Assembly: GCA_963718665.1 (NCBI GenBank)
Contig: OY970359.1
Coordinates: 399,514-463,513 of the forward strand
DNA length: 64,000 nucleotides
Direction: 5' to 3'
Source: an uncultured Phycisphaerales bacterium
GTDB lineage: Bacteria > Planctomycetota > Phycisphaerae > Sedimentisphaerales > Anaerobacaceae
The notes below the pieces were generated by a model. It did not search any database and had not been told where the DNA came from. It saw only the letters and a program-made list of their open reading frames with translations. Below are positions 31,399-41,823 of the stretch, one piece after another; position 1 is the first letter of the stretch; every line of letters begins with the position of its first letter. The position numbers and the translations under genes were made by a program.

Positions 31399-33251
31399 TG
31401 TTCCACCGTAACATTCATAATTTTTTTATCCACTATTATCGTTGACGTTCGCACGCTTTTATCAATCCAGCCGGGATATACCTGCATCGTATTGGCCCTC
31501 CTCGAATCGCCAAGAACCATCGCCTCTGTCGCAGGCAGCTCGGGCAGCTCCGCCTGCTCCAGCGCAACCCCCCCCGCAGGCAAAACCAGGACACAATGAA
31601 GCTCATTCCTGCCGACCGCCAAAATCCTGTTCATCACCCCGACCAGCGTATCCAAATTCTCCGGAGCAAACCTGTGCGGGACCGCCTTTCTCAAAAAGTC
31701 CCCATAGTCGAACCCGCCACAGATAATCAACTGATATGTCCCCGCAGGGGTATTCTCCGGCACGGTAAAATTGAAATTGTATTTTTGTTTCTGCGCCCGC
31801 ACCGACTCCGTAACAACCTCCACGTCCAGGTTATCGCCCCTTTTGACGCGGGAGCCGGACAGCCCGACAGACCATATAGCCGAAGTAATATCCTTTTCGC
31901 GTATGTCCAAATCCACGTTAATCGACTTTATCCGAACCTGCCTGTATGGATTACTCATCAGCAAACCCAGCGGGCTCATCGTGTCACGCACTGCCTCGTC
32001 CAAACCCCCGCCCGTCGAGACATTATCAAAAACCACAGTTCCCGCCCCGTCAGTTTCGATAGTGCCCTTGTATGAAACCGTATTATCAGGCGGCATCTCT
32101 CCCTGAAAAACCCCCGCGCTCATAACAACCGCCCTCAGCAGCCGCGGCGTCAGTATTCGGTTATCCGCAATCCGGCAGTTATATTTCCTCGGCTGACTGT
32201 CGTTATACCGGGTCACGCTCACCGTCAGCGGAATCATCCTCGCCTCGGCCCCGATTCTGCCCCGAACAGCCGTTGCCTCGTCCGCTCTCAATGCGCCTAT
32301 CACGTTCACCGATGTCCCCACTTTAAACGACCGCATCACGCTCGACACAACCGTATGCACCTCGCCCATCGCCATCGGTAAATCCACAGGCCCATAACCC
32401 AAAAAAGAATGCCCGAAGGCGTAAATATCGTCGCCCCTCACCTCGGTAATCGTCCCGACAACCTCAATGGTAATATCGCCGGTAACTAACGGCACAGTCA
32501 GACATCCCCCCGGCACCGGCTTAATATCGCAAACGTCGCTCCGCCCTCCACCGCCCGCGCCCGACACAACCATAAATCCTAAAGGCCGTAGTGTTTCATC
32601 CAAATCGCCTGTAACCGACTCCGGCATACCCGAAACCACTATCGGACAGGGCAGCATCGACGCCCCCGCGAATTCCCCGTGCGATGACGTTATCGGCGAC
32701 AAAATCTTCTTTTCAACCTGGGCAAAATCAATCGGCCTCGAAAAATCCAGCGCAAAGCCAGGCCCGCTGTTTAATGATTCACCACCTGACTGGTTAAACG
32801 CGGCCCCGCCCACGCGAAGCATATCCGCAATCGGCGTTACGCCATAAAGCGGGTCTTTGCTGAATTGCCACCCCATCGCCATCGCGCCCGCCAGCCGGCC
32901 ATTTATATAAACAGGCGAACCGCTGCAACCTGCGACAGGCCCCGTATGAATGAACCGCTCGTCGGTCCCCCGAACTAATATGGCGTCCCGCCCAGGCATA
33001 AAATTGTGAACAACACTCAGAACCTCCAGGCCAAACTTCTCGACCTCCGTCCCTTTATAGACCGTCAGGCAATACGCCTCCATACCCGGCTTAATCTCAT
33101 CAACGCTTATATACCTCGCGGGGTCCCAAATTCCCTCCAATCCCTTCGCAACTCCCGCCTGCGGCTTTTCCGCTGCCCCGCAAATAGCAGCAACGCACAT
33201 CACTGTGCAAACCAGAAAACCTGCCTTAATTCGCGGCTTATCTTGAGCCAT
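31395..33251 (-). CDS. SpoIVB-like (S55) serine peptidase-domain protein, secreted
   Basis: Start moved to the ATG at 33251 (MAQDKPRIKAGFLVCTVMCVAAICGAA), because the longer ORF overlaps the divergent gene at 33410. GCSGSPVYINGRLAGAMAMGW resembles the SpoIVB catalytic Ser block G.SGSPi..nGk.iGAv. Confidence 0.6.
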   Translation of the reverse strand: MAQDKPRIKAGFLVCTVMCVAAICGAAEKPQAGVAKGLEGIWDPARYISVDEIKPGMEAYCLTVYKGTEVEKFGLEVLSVVHNFMPGRDAILVRGTDERFIHTGPVAGCSGSPVYINGRLAGAMAMGWQFSKDPLYGVTPIADMLRVGGAAFNQSGGESLNSGPGFALDFSRPIDFAQVEKKILSPITSSHGEFAGASMLPCPIVVSGMPESVTGDLDETLRPLGFMVVSGAGGGGRSDVCDIKPVPGGCLTVPLVTGDITIEVVGTITEVRGDDIYAFGHSFLGYGPVDLPMAMGEVHTVVSSVMRSFKVGTSVNVIGALRADEATAVRGRIGAEARMIPLTVSVTRYNDSQPRKYNCRIADNRILTPRLLRAVVMSAGVFQGEMPPDNTVSYKGTIETDGAGTVVFDNVSTGGGLDEAVRDTMSPLGLLMSNPYRQVRIKSINVDLDIREKDITSAIWSVGLSGSRVKRGDNLDVEVVTESVRAQKQKYNFNFTVPENTPAGTYQLIICGGFDYGDFLRKAVPHRFAPENLDTLVGVMNRILAVGRNELHCVLVLPAGGVALEQAELPELPATEAMVLGDSRRANTMQVYPGWIDKSVRTSTIIVDKKIMNVTVEQ

Positions 33252-33409
33252 TGACAACCCTTGAAATCCGTTTCCAATATAAAACTTTAATCTTAACCCC
33301 CTAATACCACCATTGCAACATAAAACAACCTCTGGTAGAATATGGCTTTTGTTGCTTCGCTGTTCGTAAATAACAGGGTTTTTGCAAGATATTTTAACGG
33401 AGAATAAAT

Positions 33410-34159
33410 ATGAAGGCCGAACATCGCCATGAACTGAAAACCAATGACTTGGCCTTATGGCTTGGTAATTTACCAAACTGGGCAAACCAGAACCTCAGGA
33501 CAATAATATATGTTCTCGTTGTTGTCGTTCTTGTGCTTGCCTCGTCCATTTATATCCGCTATCAGAAAACGTCTGTGGCCGAACGCGAACAAAGTAATCT
33601 GACCATGATTGTATCACAACTGCCGCAGCAAAAAGCGTTTATAGCCCAGAAACAACTGGAAAACCAGGACAACGCCTACATGCTTTTCCAGCTCAACGAC
33701 GAACTCGATAGCATCGCCAAAAATGCGTCCAACGACGCGGTTGCCGCAACGGCACTGATTAAAAGCGCCGAAGTCCTGAGAACGGAACTCCATTTCCGTT
33801 TCGGCGCTGTCAGCCAGCAGGATATCACCACACAGATAGGCAAGGCGAAAGATTACTACACCAAAGCGCTCGACACATACCTTAAACGAAGCCCCAATCC
33901 TACCCTCGAAGCCATCGCCAAAATCGGCCTTGGTTTATGCGAGGAAGAGCTTGGCAACCCCGATGCGGCCAGAAAACTTTATCAGGAAGTGGCAACCGGC
34001 GCCGCCTATGAAGGCACTGCACCGGCAGTAGCCGCAAAACAACGGCTCATGATAATGGACTCTTTCTCTGAAAAAATCGCTCTCAAACCGATGCCAAGAC
34101 CAGCGATACAGGCGCAGCCGCCGGTAGCCAGCGAGCCAAACGTACCGGCCCAGAATTGA
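33410..34159 (+). CDS. Membrane-anchored TPR-like protein (YfgM/UPF0070-like architecture)
   Basis: N-terminal HRHELKTNDLALWL..., a single TM helix, then a helical repeat domain; 249 aa. Confidence 0.5.
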   Translation: MKAEHRHELKTNDLALWLGNLPNWANQNLRTIIYVLVVVVLVLASSIYIRYQKTSVAEREQSNLTMIVSQLPQQKAFIAQKQLENQDNAYMLFQLNDELDSIAKNASNDAVAATALIKSAEVLRTELHFRFGAVSQQDITTQIGKAKDYYTKALDTYLKRSPNPTLEAIAKIGLGLCEEELGNPDAARKLYQEVATGAAYEGTAPAVAAKQRLMIMDSFSEKIALKPMPRPAIQAQPPVASEPNVPAQN

Positions 34160-34171
34160 TTATCGCGCGAA

Positions 34172-35197
34172 ATGCCGAATAAAGATACGAACCTCACACT
34201 TCACGTCGGCCGTGCCCTCCAGGAACGCCGGCTCGACAAATATCTCCACGGACGATACTCCAACTACAGCCGGGTTATGCTTCAGGAAGTCATCAAGGCA
34301 GGTGGCGTAAAAGTCAACGGCAAAAAGGCCAAACCAAGTTTAAAACTCAACCCCGACGACCTCATCGAAATCACCCTGCCCGAACTGCCCACTAATGAAA
34401 TCCCGCCTGAAGATATACCCCTCAATATCCTCCACGAAGACGACGACATAATCGTCATCAATAAATCAGCCGATATCATCGTCCACCCCGCACGGGGCAA
34501 CACCCACGGCACTATCGCAAATGCCCTCGCCTTTCACCTCGCCTCAGCCGAGGCCGAAGAAGATGAAGATGATGAACCCGAAACCGACGACGCCAATTTC
34601 CCAATCGCACTCGGCGAATTTCGCCCGGGCATCGTCCACCGGCTCGACAGAAACACCACGGGCGTGATGATTCTCGCCAAAAATGCAATCGCCCAGTGGA
34701 AAATCTCAAGACAGTTCCACGACCGAAAGGTCGAAAAAAGCTATATCGCCATCGTCCACGGCACCCCCGAACTCACGCGAGACCGCATCAACGCCCCGCT
34801 CGGCGTCAATCTCAAATTCAGATACAAATACGCCGTCCGCCCTGAAACAGGCAAAGAAGCAATCACCTTCTACGAGGTCCTCGAAAGTTTCCGCGGCTTC
34901 TCACTCCTGAAACTCACCCCCAAAACGGGCCGGACCCACCAGATTCGCGTCCATCTCGCCCATATCAAACACCCAATCGTCGCAGATGATATGTATGGCG
35001 GCAAACCCGTCTATCCCTGGCAATTAAAAGACGCCGAACTAACCCCCGAAGCTCCCGTTATTTCCCGCTGCGCACTCCACGCCTGGACGATTTCCTTCAA
35101 GCACCCCACAACCGAAAAAATCGTCTCCTTCGAAGCCCCCCTGCCCGACGACATGCAAAACCTCCTCGATTTGCTGAGAAAATACCGGAAAAAATAA
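34172..35197 (+). CDS. rluD: RluA/RluD-family 23S rRNA pseudouridine synthase with an acidic insertion
   Basis: S4-like N-terminus (RLDKYL...). HRLDRNTTGVMILAKN catalytic Asp motif. TGRTHQIRVHLA. The insert is SAEAEEDEDDEPETDD. Confidence 0.88.
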   Translation: MPNKDTNLTLHVGRALQERRLDKYLHGRYSNYSRVMLQEVIKAGGVKVNGKKAKPSLKLNPDDLIEITLPELPTNEIPPEDIPLNILHEDDDIIVINKSADIIVHPARGNTHGTIANALAFHLASAEAEEDEDDEPETDDANFPIALGEFRPGIVHRLDRNTTGVMILAKNAIAQWKISRQFHDRKVEKSYIAIVHGTPELTRDRINAPLGVNLKFRYKYAVRPETGKEAITFYEVLESFRGFSLLKLTPKTGRTHQIRVHLAHIKHPIVADDMYGGKPVYPWQLKDAELTPEAPVISRCALHAWTISFKHPTTEKIVSFEAPLPDDMQNLLDLLRKYRKK

Positions 35198-35221
35198 TCT
35201 TCCTAAATATCATTCCCCTTG

Positions 35222-37321
35222 CTAAGCCACGTCTGCCAATCCTAATGAGTCGCCGAATTTGGTTATCAATGCCTGGCGGATATTCTTGTGCGTCGGAACA
35301 GTAAGCATAGGGTCTGCTGAAACAAGTTCAAATGCGCAGCGTCGAGCCAAAACCAACAAATCATAATCGTCGATGATATCGGCGATTTTCAAATCGGGCA
35401 GGCCGTGCTGTCGCGTGCTGAAAAGCTCACCGGGGCCGCGCAATTTCAAATCGTGCTCCGCTATCTCGAAGCCGTCGTTGCTTCGTTCCATCATTTCAAG
35501 CCGGCTTTTCGCCACTTCATTCTCCGTTTCCTTATCCGCGAATAAAAAGCAAAACGATTTATCCGTCCCCCTGCCTATCCTGCCACGCAACTGGTGCAGT
35601 TGTGCCAGGCCGAACCTGTCCGCACCCTCAATAACCATTATCGTCGCGTTTGGAATATCCACGCCCACTTCTATCACCACCGTCGCGACCAGCGCCTTTA
35701 TTTTCCCTTTGCGAAACTCCGCCATTACCTCTCTTTTCTTCTCCGAGTTCATCCGCCCGTGCAGTAATTCAACCTTGAACTCGCCAAATACCTTCGATAA
35801 TTCTCGCCAGCCGTCGGTCGCCGCTTTTATGTCCCCTTCCTCCTCGACGCCCGTTATACGCGGATACACAAAATACGCCTGCTTGCCCGCCCGCAATCGC
35901 TCGCGGATAAATTCGTATGCCTTGGCCCTGTCATCCGGCGAAACCCACCGCGTAACCACCGTTCCTCTGCCCGGCGGACTGTGTTTGATTATCGACACGT
36001 CCAAATCCCCAAAAACCGTCATCGCCAAAGTTCGCGGAATCGGCGTAGCAGTCATAACGAGGCAATGAGGTGTCCCGTCCTTGCGCAACTCCGCCCGCTG
36101 ATGAACGCCGAATTTATGCTGCTCATCAATCACAACCAAACCGAGTTTTTTGAATTCGATATCCTTCTCTAACAGTGCAACTGTGCCGACAACGATATCT
36201 ATCTCGCCTGCTTTTATATTTTTGAGAATTTCATCCCTGTCTTTGCCCATCAGCCCGCCCGTAATCAGCACTCGTTTCACATCGCTATTGCGCAGATACC
36301 TTTCGATGCTTATAAAATGCTGGTTCGCCAATATCTCAGTCGGCGCCATAATCGCAACCTGCGTCTTGTTCGCCACCGCCAACAGCGTCGCGTAAAGCGC
36401 AACCACCGTTTTGCCTGAGCCGACGTCCCCCTGCAAAAGTCGATTCATCGGTATCGGCCTTTGCATATCAGAGATTATTTCAGCTATCGTCTTGTCCTGG
36501 TCTTCAGTCAGTAAAAACGGGAATCGCTTTCGAATCCGCCTGTCGATTTCCTCGGATGATTTCATCTCTACCGCCGAAGCGAATTGACTGTGCCTGTGCC
36601 TGCGAAGCGCAAGCCCCAATTGCATCAAAAACAATTCGTCGAATTTCAGCCGGCGTTTCGCCTTGCCTAATTTACCCTCATCAGGGGGCAAATGAATCCA
36701 TCCAAACGCGTCTTTGCGTTTTATCAGTTCCGCTTTTTTAAGAAACTCATCGTCATAGAATTCGCCTACGAGTCCGCCGATATTATCCAGCACGGGCCTG
36801 ATTATCTTCTTAATCTGCATACTGCTCAGCCCGCCGCTCGCCGGATATACCCCCCCGCTGAAATACTCCGCCGGTTTCGATGCCTCTTTCTCCATCACGC
36901 GAAACTTCGGATTGGTCAACTGCAGCTGATGTTTATATTCCCCGACCTTGCCCCACGCCATAACCGCCTGGCCTGGCCGTAACTGGTCCCGCAGGTATCC
37001 GCCGTTAAACCATATTATCCGGCAAGTCCCCGTCTCATCGCTCACCATTGCCTCAAATATCGCCGGCCTGCGGTAATTCTGAAAATCCGTTGACTCAACC
37101 AGCCCCACAATCGCCGCCGTCTCCCCCGTCTCCAATTGTCCTATTTTCTTCGGCTCAGGCGCAAATACCCAGTCACGCGGAAAATATTCCAGCAAATCGC
37201 CAACAGTAACAACCCCCAGCTTTGCGAATATTTCCGCCCTTGCCGGCCCCACCCCCTTCAAAAATTGCACCGGCATCGACAACTTAATCTCACCACTCGG
37301 TTTTACGCCTAATTCACTCAC
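35222..37321 (-). CDS. recG: ATP-dependent DNA helicase RecG
   Basis: 699 aa; wedge domain, LLQGDVGSGKT, VIDEQHKFGV, TATPIPRTL, QLHQLRGRIGRG. Confidence 0.93.
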   Translation of the reverse strand: MSELGVKPSGEIKLSMPVQFLKGVGPARAEIFAKLGVVTVGDLLEYFPRDWVFAPEPKKIGQLETGETAAIVGLVESTDFQNYRRPAIFEAMVSDETGTCRIIWFNGGYLRDQLRPGQAVMAWGKVGEYKHQLQLTNPKFRVMEKEASKPAEYFSGGVYPASGGLSSMQIKKIIRPVLDNIGGLVGEFYDDEFLKKAELIKRKDAFGWIHLPPDEGKLGKAKRRLKFDELFLMQLGLALRRHRHSQFASAVEMKSSEEIDRRIRKRFPFLLTEDQDKTIAEIISDMQRPIPMNRLLQGDVGSGKTVVALYATLLAVANKTQVAIMAPTEILANQHFISIERYLRNSDVKRVLITGGLMGKDRDEILKNIKAGEIDIVVGTVALLEKDIEFKKLGLVVIDEQHKFGVHQRAELRKDGTPHCLVMTATPIPRTLAMTVFGDLDVSIIKHSPPGRGTVVTRWVSPDDRAKAYEFIRERLRAGKQAYFVYPRITGVEEEGDIKAATDGWRELSKVFGEFKVELLHGRMNSEKKREVMAEFRKGKIKALVATVVIEVGVDIPNATIMVIEGADRFGLAQLHQLRGRIGRGTDKSFCFLFADKETENEVAKSRLEMMERSNDGFEIAEHDLKLRGPGELFSTRQHGLPDLKIADIIDDYDLLVLARRCAFELVSADPMLTVPTHKNIRQALITKFGDSLGLADVA

Positions 37322-37324
37322 TCC

Positions 37325-38023
37325 TTATTCCTCAAACGCGCATTTGCCGACGAGTTTGACAAACCGGACGTCGCACACCACCCGCTCAATAAGTTTGCCT
37401 TCTTTTTTTATCCCCACGATAAGCTCCTGCACACCGCCTTGGCCAACCGGCACGACAATCACCCCCCCCGCACCAAGCTGGTCAATCAATTGCTCCGGCA
37501 CCTTCGGCACAGCAGCCGTAACGATAATCCTGTCAAACGTTCTTTTTTCATACCAGCCAGCACTGCCGTCTCCGACATAAAACTCAACATTATTGATTCC
37601 CAGCCGGCCAATAATCGCCTGTGATTTCGCCGATAACTCTGCGAACCGTTCAATCGTATAAACCCGTTTCGTCAATTTCGCCAGAACCGCCGTCTGATAC
37701 CCGCTGCCAGTGCCTATCTCCAGCACCTCGCAAAAATTATTCAGCCGAAGCTCCTGCGTCATCAGCGCAACAATATACGGCTGCGATATCGTCTGCCCCA
37801 TCCCAATCGGCAAAGGGTAATCCGCGTATGCCCGCGACTCATACGACTCAGGTATAAACTCCTCGCGCAATAGGCGCCCCATCACCGAAAGCACCCCCGC
37901 CTCGGTTATGCCCCGCCCCTTCAGGTCATGCTCGACCATCCGCTGACGTTCCCTGGCAAATTTACTGTTCTGCGGCCCTGTTATCATATCCCTAATAATC
38001 CCGTCAAAAACATAATTTTGCAA
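37325..38023 (-). CDS. pcm: Protein-L-isoaspartate O-methyltransferase
   Basis: GQTISQPYIVALMTQEL, VLEIGTGSGYQTAVLA. Confidence 0.9.
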   Translation of the reverse strand: MQNYVFDGIIRDMITGPQNSKFARERQRMVEHDLKGRGITEAGVLSVMGRLLREEFIPESYESRAYADYPLPIGMGQTISQPYIVALMTQELRLNNFCEVLEIGTGSGYQTAVLAKLTKRVYTIERFAELSAKSQAIIGRLGINNVEFYVGDGSAGWYEKRTFDRIIVTAAVPKVPEQLIDQLGAGGVIVVPVGQGGVQELIVGIKKEGKLIERVVCDVRFVKLVGKCAFEE

Positions 38024-38046
38024 CCCATTTCGCCGGCGTTCATCTG

Positions 38047-38778
38047 CTAAAACAACAGTTTTATCGCCGCCGCCAGCGCCAAAAGCTGTATCGTAATCTC
38101 AAATACTTTTTGAGGCATCTTTTTCAACGCCACTATCCCCAAAACCGCACCCGTTATAATAAAGGGCAGCATAACAAAACCAAGTTTTATTGATGCAGCG
38201 TTAATCAGCCCCAGGTGCACACTGAACGGCACCTTCATCCAGTTGACAATAAAGAAAAACCAGGCGCTGGTCCCCACAAACTCAACCTTTGGCAGTCGCA
38301 TCGCCAGCAGATACACAATCATCACAGGCCCTGCGGCATTCGCCATCATCGTCGTCGCGCCAGCGAAAAATCCCATCACCTCCGCAAACCACCACTGCGT
38401 CGGAACATCCTCACCTCTTCGATTGCGCCACCAGTTGACCGCCAGCATCGCCACCACGATTACGCCGATTATCGGCTTCAACTGCGCATCGCTGATTACC
38501 TTCATCACAAAATATCCCGCGACGATACCAACAAGCGTCGCAGGAATCAGCCGGATAATATGACGCCACATCGCAGATTTGTGGTAATAACTCGCCGCGA
38601 AAATGTCCCCCAGAACCAATATCCCCAGCACCATTCCCGTCGATTGCTTCGCCGGCATCACCATCGCCATCAGCGGCACAAACAGTATTCCCATCCCCGG
38701 CAATCCCGTCTTGCTGATGCCGACCATCACCGCACACAACGCTACTACCACCCAGCCGAATAAATCCAGTCCCATCAT
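38047..38778 (-). CDS. TauE/SafE-family anion exporter
   Basis: 243 aa, about 7-8 TM helices, two-repeat TauE-like pattern (GISKTGLPGMG... / GAGGP-like AAGPVMIVYLL). Confidence 0.75.
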   Translation of the reverse strand: MMGLDLFGWVVVALCAVMVGISKTGLPGMGILFVPLMAMVMPAKQSTGMVLGILVLGDIFAASYYHKSAMWRHIIRLIPATLVGIVAGYFVMKVISDAQLKPIIGVIVVAMLAVNWWRNRRGEDVPTQWWFAEVMGFFAGATTMMANAAGPVMIVYLLAMRLPKVEFVGTSAWFFFIVNWMKVPFSVHLGLINAASIKLGFVMLPFIITGAVLGIVALKKMPQKVFEITIQLLALAAAIKLLF

Positions 38779-38908
38779 TGCATAATCCTTTATTGCTACC
38801 GCCCAAGGAATCGTTACAATACCATAATTCCAAACGAATTTAATATAGCTAACCGTTAAAAACTTAACTTTAGTAACGCTTGGTTTCTTTGAAAAAGGTG
38901 ATTACTCA

Positions 38909-40510
38909 ATGCTCCAATCGGACTTCAGACGTTATCTCGTTGATATTGACTCCGTTACCACGCACCAGCAATCGACCGACTATCTTGTAATTGGCGCAGG
39001 CGTCGGGGGCCTTCGCGCGGCAATCGAGGCCTCGCAGCACGGCTCTGTAACCGTCGTCACAAAAGGCACCGTCGAAGACAGCAATACCTGGCACGCCCAG
39101 GGAGGTATCGCTTCGGTCCTCGAAAAAACCGATAAATTCGAATCGCACATCGCCGATACTCTGCGCACAGGCGGCGGACTCAGCAATGAAAAAACCGTTG
39201 ACCTCGTCGTCCGCCAGGGACCTGGGCTTATCAGGCAATTGCTCGACTGGGGCTGCGCTTTCGATATGGTTAATGGCAATATCACCACTACAATCGAAGG
39301 AGGTCACAGCCACCCGCGCATCGCACACGCCCACGGTGACGAAACAGGCAGAATCATCGCCCAGACCCTCATCGCAAAAGCAAGACAACAGCGAAATATC
39401 ACTATCATCGAAAATTTCTTCTCAATAGACCTGCTGACCGACAATCACAAATGCCTCGGCGTCATCGGCTGGCACAGGGAAAAAGGCGCACGCATAATCT
39501 GGGCGCTCAACACAATCCTCGCCACGGGCGGCGCGGGCCAGCTCTACCGCGAAACCACAAACCCCTCCTGCGCGACAGCCGACGGCCTCGCTATGGCATA
39601 TCGTGCCGGCGCAGTCCTCCAGGATTTGGAATTTGTCCAGTTCCACCCGACAACGCTCTATATCGCAGGCGCATCACGAGCGCTCATTACCGAAACCCTA
39701 CGCGGCGAAGGAGCCGTCCTGCGAGATACCAAAGGCCGGGCCTTTATGAAGGACTACAACCCCGCCGCTGAACTCGCACCCCGTGATGTCGTCAGCAGGG
39801 CCATCCTCACACAAATGCTCAAAACCAAAACCACCCACGTCTATCTCGATATCCGCCACTTCGATAAACAGCATTTCACCAAAAGATTCCCCGTCATAAG
39901 CGAACTCTGCGACAGCTTCGATATCGATATCAGCAAAGACCTCATTCCCGTCCGCCCCAGCGCACACTATATGGTCGGCGGCGTCAAAACCGACATCGCC
40001 GCGAAAACAAATATCGAAAACCTCTACGCCTGCGGTGAAGTTACCTCAACGGGCCTCCACGGTGCTAACCGCCTCGGCAGCAACTCCCTCCTCGAAGGCC
40101 TCGTCTTCGGCAGAATTGCGGGCCAGACATCACTCGCTCCAAAATCCGCCGGCTTCGGCCAGTCGATTATCAAATACCAAATCCCGCACTCCGAACTTCG
40201 TCATCTCGATACTTCCGACGTCAGAAACTCCCTCCGGGCGATTATGTGGCGAAACGTCGGCATCACAAGAAAATCCCCCGAAATGAGACAGGCCATCGAC
40301 CAGATTCGCTTCTGGCAGCGATATGTTATGGATAAGGCCTTCGATAACTCTCAGGGCTGGGAGCTTCAGAATATGCTCACCGTCTGTCTCCTTATTACCC
40401 AATCCGCCCTGGCACGAAAAGAAAGCCGTGGCGTCCACTTCCGAAGCGATTTCCCGGACACCGACGACCAGAATTTCAAAAAACACTCCGAAATTAAAAG
40501 GGCGGAATAA
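38909..40510 (+). CDS. nadB: L-aspartate oxidase
   Basis: DYLVIGAGVGGLRAA FAD site, HAQGGIA, FHPT, HYMVGGV, GANRLGSNSLLE, ESRGVHFRSD. Confidence 0.93.
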   Translation: MLQSDFRRYLVDIDSVTTHQQSTDYLVIGAGVGGLRAAIEASQHGSVTVVTKGTVEDSNTWHAQGGIASVLEKTDKFESHIADTLRTGGGLSNEKTVDLVVRQGPGLIRQLLDWGCAFDMVNGNITTTIEGGHSHPRIAHAHGDETGRIIAQTLIAKARQQRNITIIENFFSIDLLTDNHKCLGVIGWHREKGARIIWALNTILATGGAGQLYRETTNPSCATADGLAMAYRAGAVLQDLEFVQFHPTTLYIAGASRALITETLRGEGAVLRDTKGRAFMKDYNPAAELAPRDVVSRAILTQMLKTKTTHVYLDIRHFDKQHFTKRFPVISELCDSFDIDISKDLIPVRPSAHYMVGGVKTDIAAKTNIENLYACGEVTSTGLHGANRLGSNSLLEGLVFGRIAGQTSLAPKSAGFGQSIIKYQIPHSELRHLDTSDVRNSLRAIMWRNVGITRKSPEMRQAIDQIRFWQRYVMDKAFDNSQGWELQNMLTVCLLITQSALARKESRGVHFRSDFPDTDDQNFKKHSEIKRAE

Positions 40511-40574
40511 TCGCCTTTTTGGTATAATATCTCCCGCTGCACCGAACAAAATAATCAACCGTCAATAGCGCATT

Positions 40575-40959
40575 GAAAATCAAAAGAGCGGGTTGGGCAG
40601 CCGCTGGCTCTTCGGGGCCGGAGGAAAGTCCGAGCAGGACAGGGCACGGTGATGGCTAACAGCCACCTCCTCACTGCTTGCGAAAGCAAGAAGCGGGAAC
40701 GGGATAGTGCCACAGAAAATACACAGCCGACGTCCCGAGCAATCGGGGCAGGCAATGGTGAAATGGTGCGGTAAGAGCGCACCGCGGAGTTGGCGACAAT
40801 TCCGGCAGGGCAAACCCCACCGCCTGAAAGACCAAGCAGCCGGTGCTCGGCCCGGGCATTACCGGCGGGTAGGTCGCTTGAGCCAACTGGTAACGGTTGG
40901 CCTAGATAAATGGTTGTCCAAGACAAAACTCGGCTTACAGACCCGCTCTTTTGATTTTC
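40575..40959 (+). ncRNA. rnpB: RNase P RNA, bacterial type A
   Basis: GGAGGAAAGTCCGAGC (P4), GTGCGGTAAGAGCGCACCGCG, GGGTAGGTCGCTTGAGCC, GGCCTAGATAAATGGTTGTCC, ACAAAACTCGGCTTACAG. The terminal helix gaaaatcaaaagagcgggt / acccgctcttttgattttc is a perfect 19-bp complement. Confidence 0.95.
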
Positions 40960-40996
40960 CTTCTCGACGCAGGCCCGCAAACTTCAAAAAATCGCC

Positions 40997-41746
40997 TTAA
41001 TTATCCATCGCGTCCAGTCCCTCTAAACTGAGCTTCCCGCTCTTGCCGAAAGACCCAAGACGCATCTTGACCGTCACTATGTCATTATCGATAACCATCC
41101 GCAGCCGGCCCTTGTCTAAGTTGATATGGTCGAACTCCACGCCGTTCGGCTCGCTAAGACGAACAGCAAGCGCCGGCGAAGCGTCTAATTTGGTCAGAAG
41201 CGATTCCATCCCCTGACCCGCCATCATTCCGCTCACGTTCAGCGTCGCGTTGTCCGTCCCAATTTCACTTGTGTCCTTGCGGGTATCCGCATCAACTTTC
41301 TTTAATATCGCGATGCGCCTCGCGTTTTCATCCGCGTATGGCTCATCAAGAATTTCTTTCGACAAAACCATCTGGCAGCCGAAATCCACTCCTTCCCACG
41401 GCTCAACGAACAACTGCTTCGGCCTCTCATGCGAAATAAAATAGTATTTCCGCTTCGCTATAAGCTCGCTCTCGTCGAACGACACCATATTAAACCACAT
41501 CTTATGGCCCTGTTTAGTAGTCCCCGCAAGGGCCGCTATGCTTTTGCTCTGGCTCAACAGCGTATCCTTGGGCGTCCCGAACCGCGAAAGCACGTCAGCA
41601 CTCGTGCTCCGTTTAAGAGTCGTCTGCTGATACTGCGCATATATCTGCTTGTTTGTCAGCGGTCCTTCTGGTGTAACCAAAACTACCGCCTCACAACCCG
41701 CTGCCAGACAACACATCACCATAAACAACGCTTTCATCGTTTTCAT
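40997..41746 (-). CDS. Hypothetical lipoprotein
   Basis: MKTMKALFMVMCCLAAGC lipobox; 249 aa; no family recognised. Confidence 0.55.
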   Translation of the reverse strand: MKTMKALFMVMCCLAAGCEAVVLVTPEGPLTNKQIYAQYQQTTLKRSTSADVLSRFGTPKDTLLSQSKSIAALAGTTKQGHKMWFNMVSFDESELIAKRKYYFISHERPKQLFVEPWEGVDFGCQMVLSKEILDEPYADENARRIAILKKVDADTRKDTSEIGTDNATLNVSGMMAGQGMESLLTKLDASPALAVRLSEPNGVEFDHINLDKGRLRMVIDNDIVTVKMRLGSFGKSGKLSLEGLDAMDN

Positions 41747-41770
41747 AGCATCACCATTTTAACAGAGTTA

Positions 41771-41815
41771 TTTTTATCTCTGCGGTCTCCGCGTTGCTCG
41801 GCGGTTAAAAATTCG
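41771..41815. repeat. Intergenic repeat word (tctctgcggtctccgcgttgctcggcggttaaaaatt)
   Basis: 25 of 29 core positions are identical to 54534-54562, which lies inside the mtnA coding sequence. Confidence 0.6.
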
Positions 41816-41823
41816 TTAGCCGT

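Noticed and set aside
33252-33485. N-terminal 78 codons of the long version of ORF 31395..33485
   Set aside because: This stretch overlaps the divergent gene starting at 33410 and lacks protein-like features. A signal-peptide-bearing start at 33251 is more plausible.
40555-40980. ORF-track entries on both strands across 40555-41000 (141 aa, 77 aa, 71 aa, 97 aa)
   Set aside because: They overlie the clearly recognisable RNase P RNA gene and have no protein-like features.
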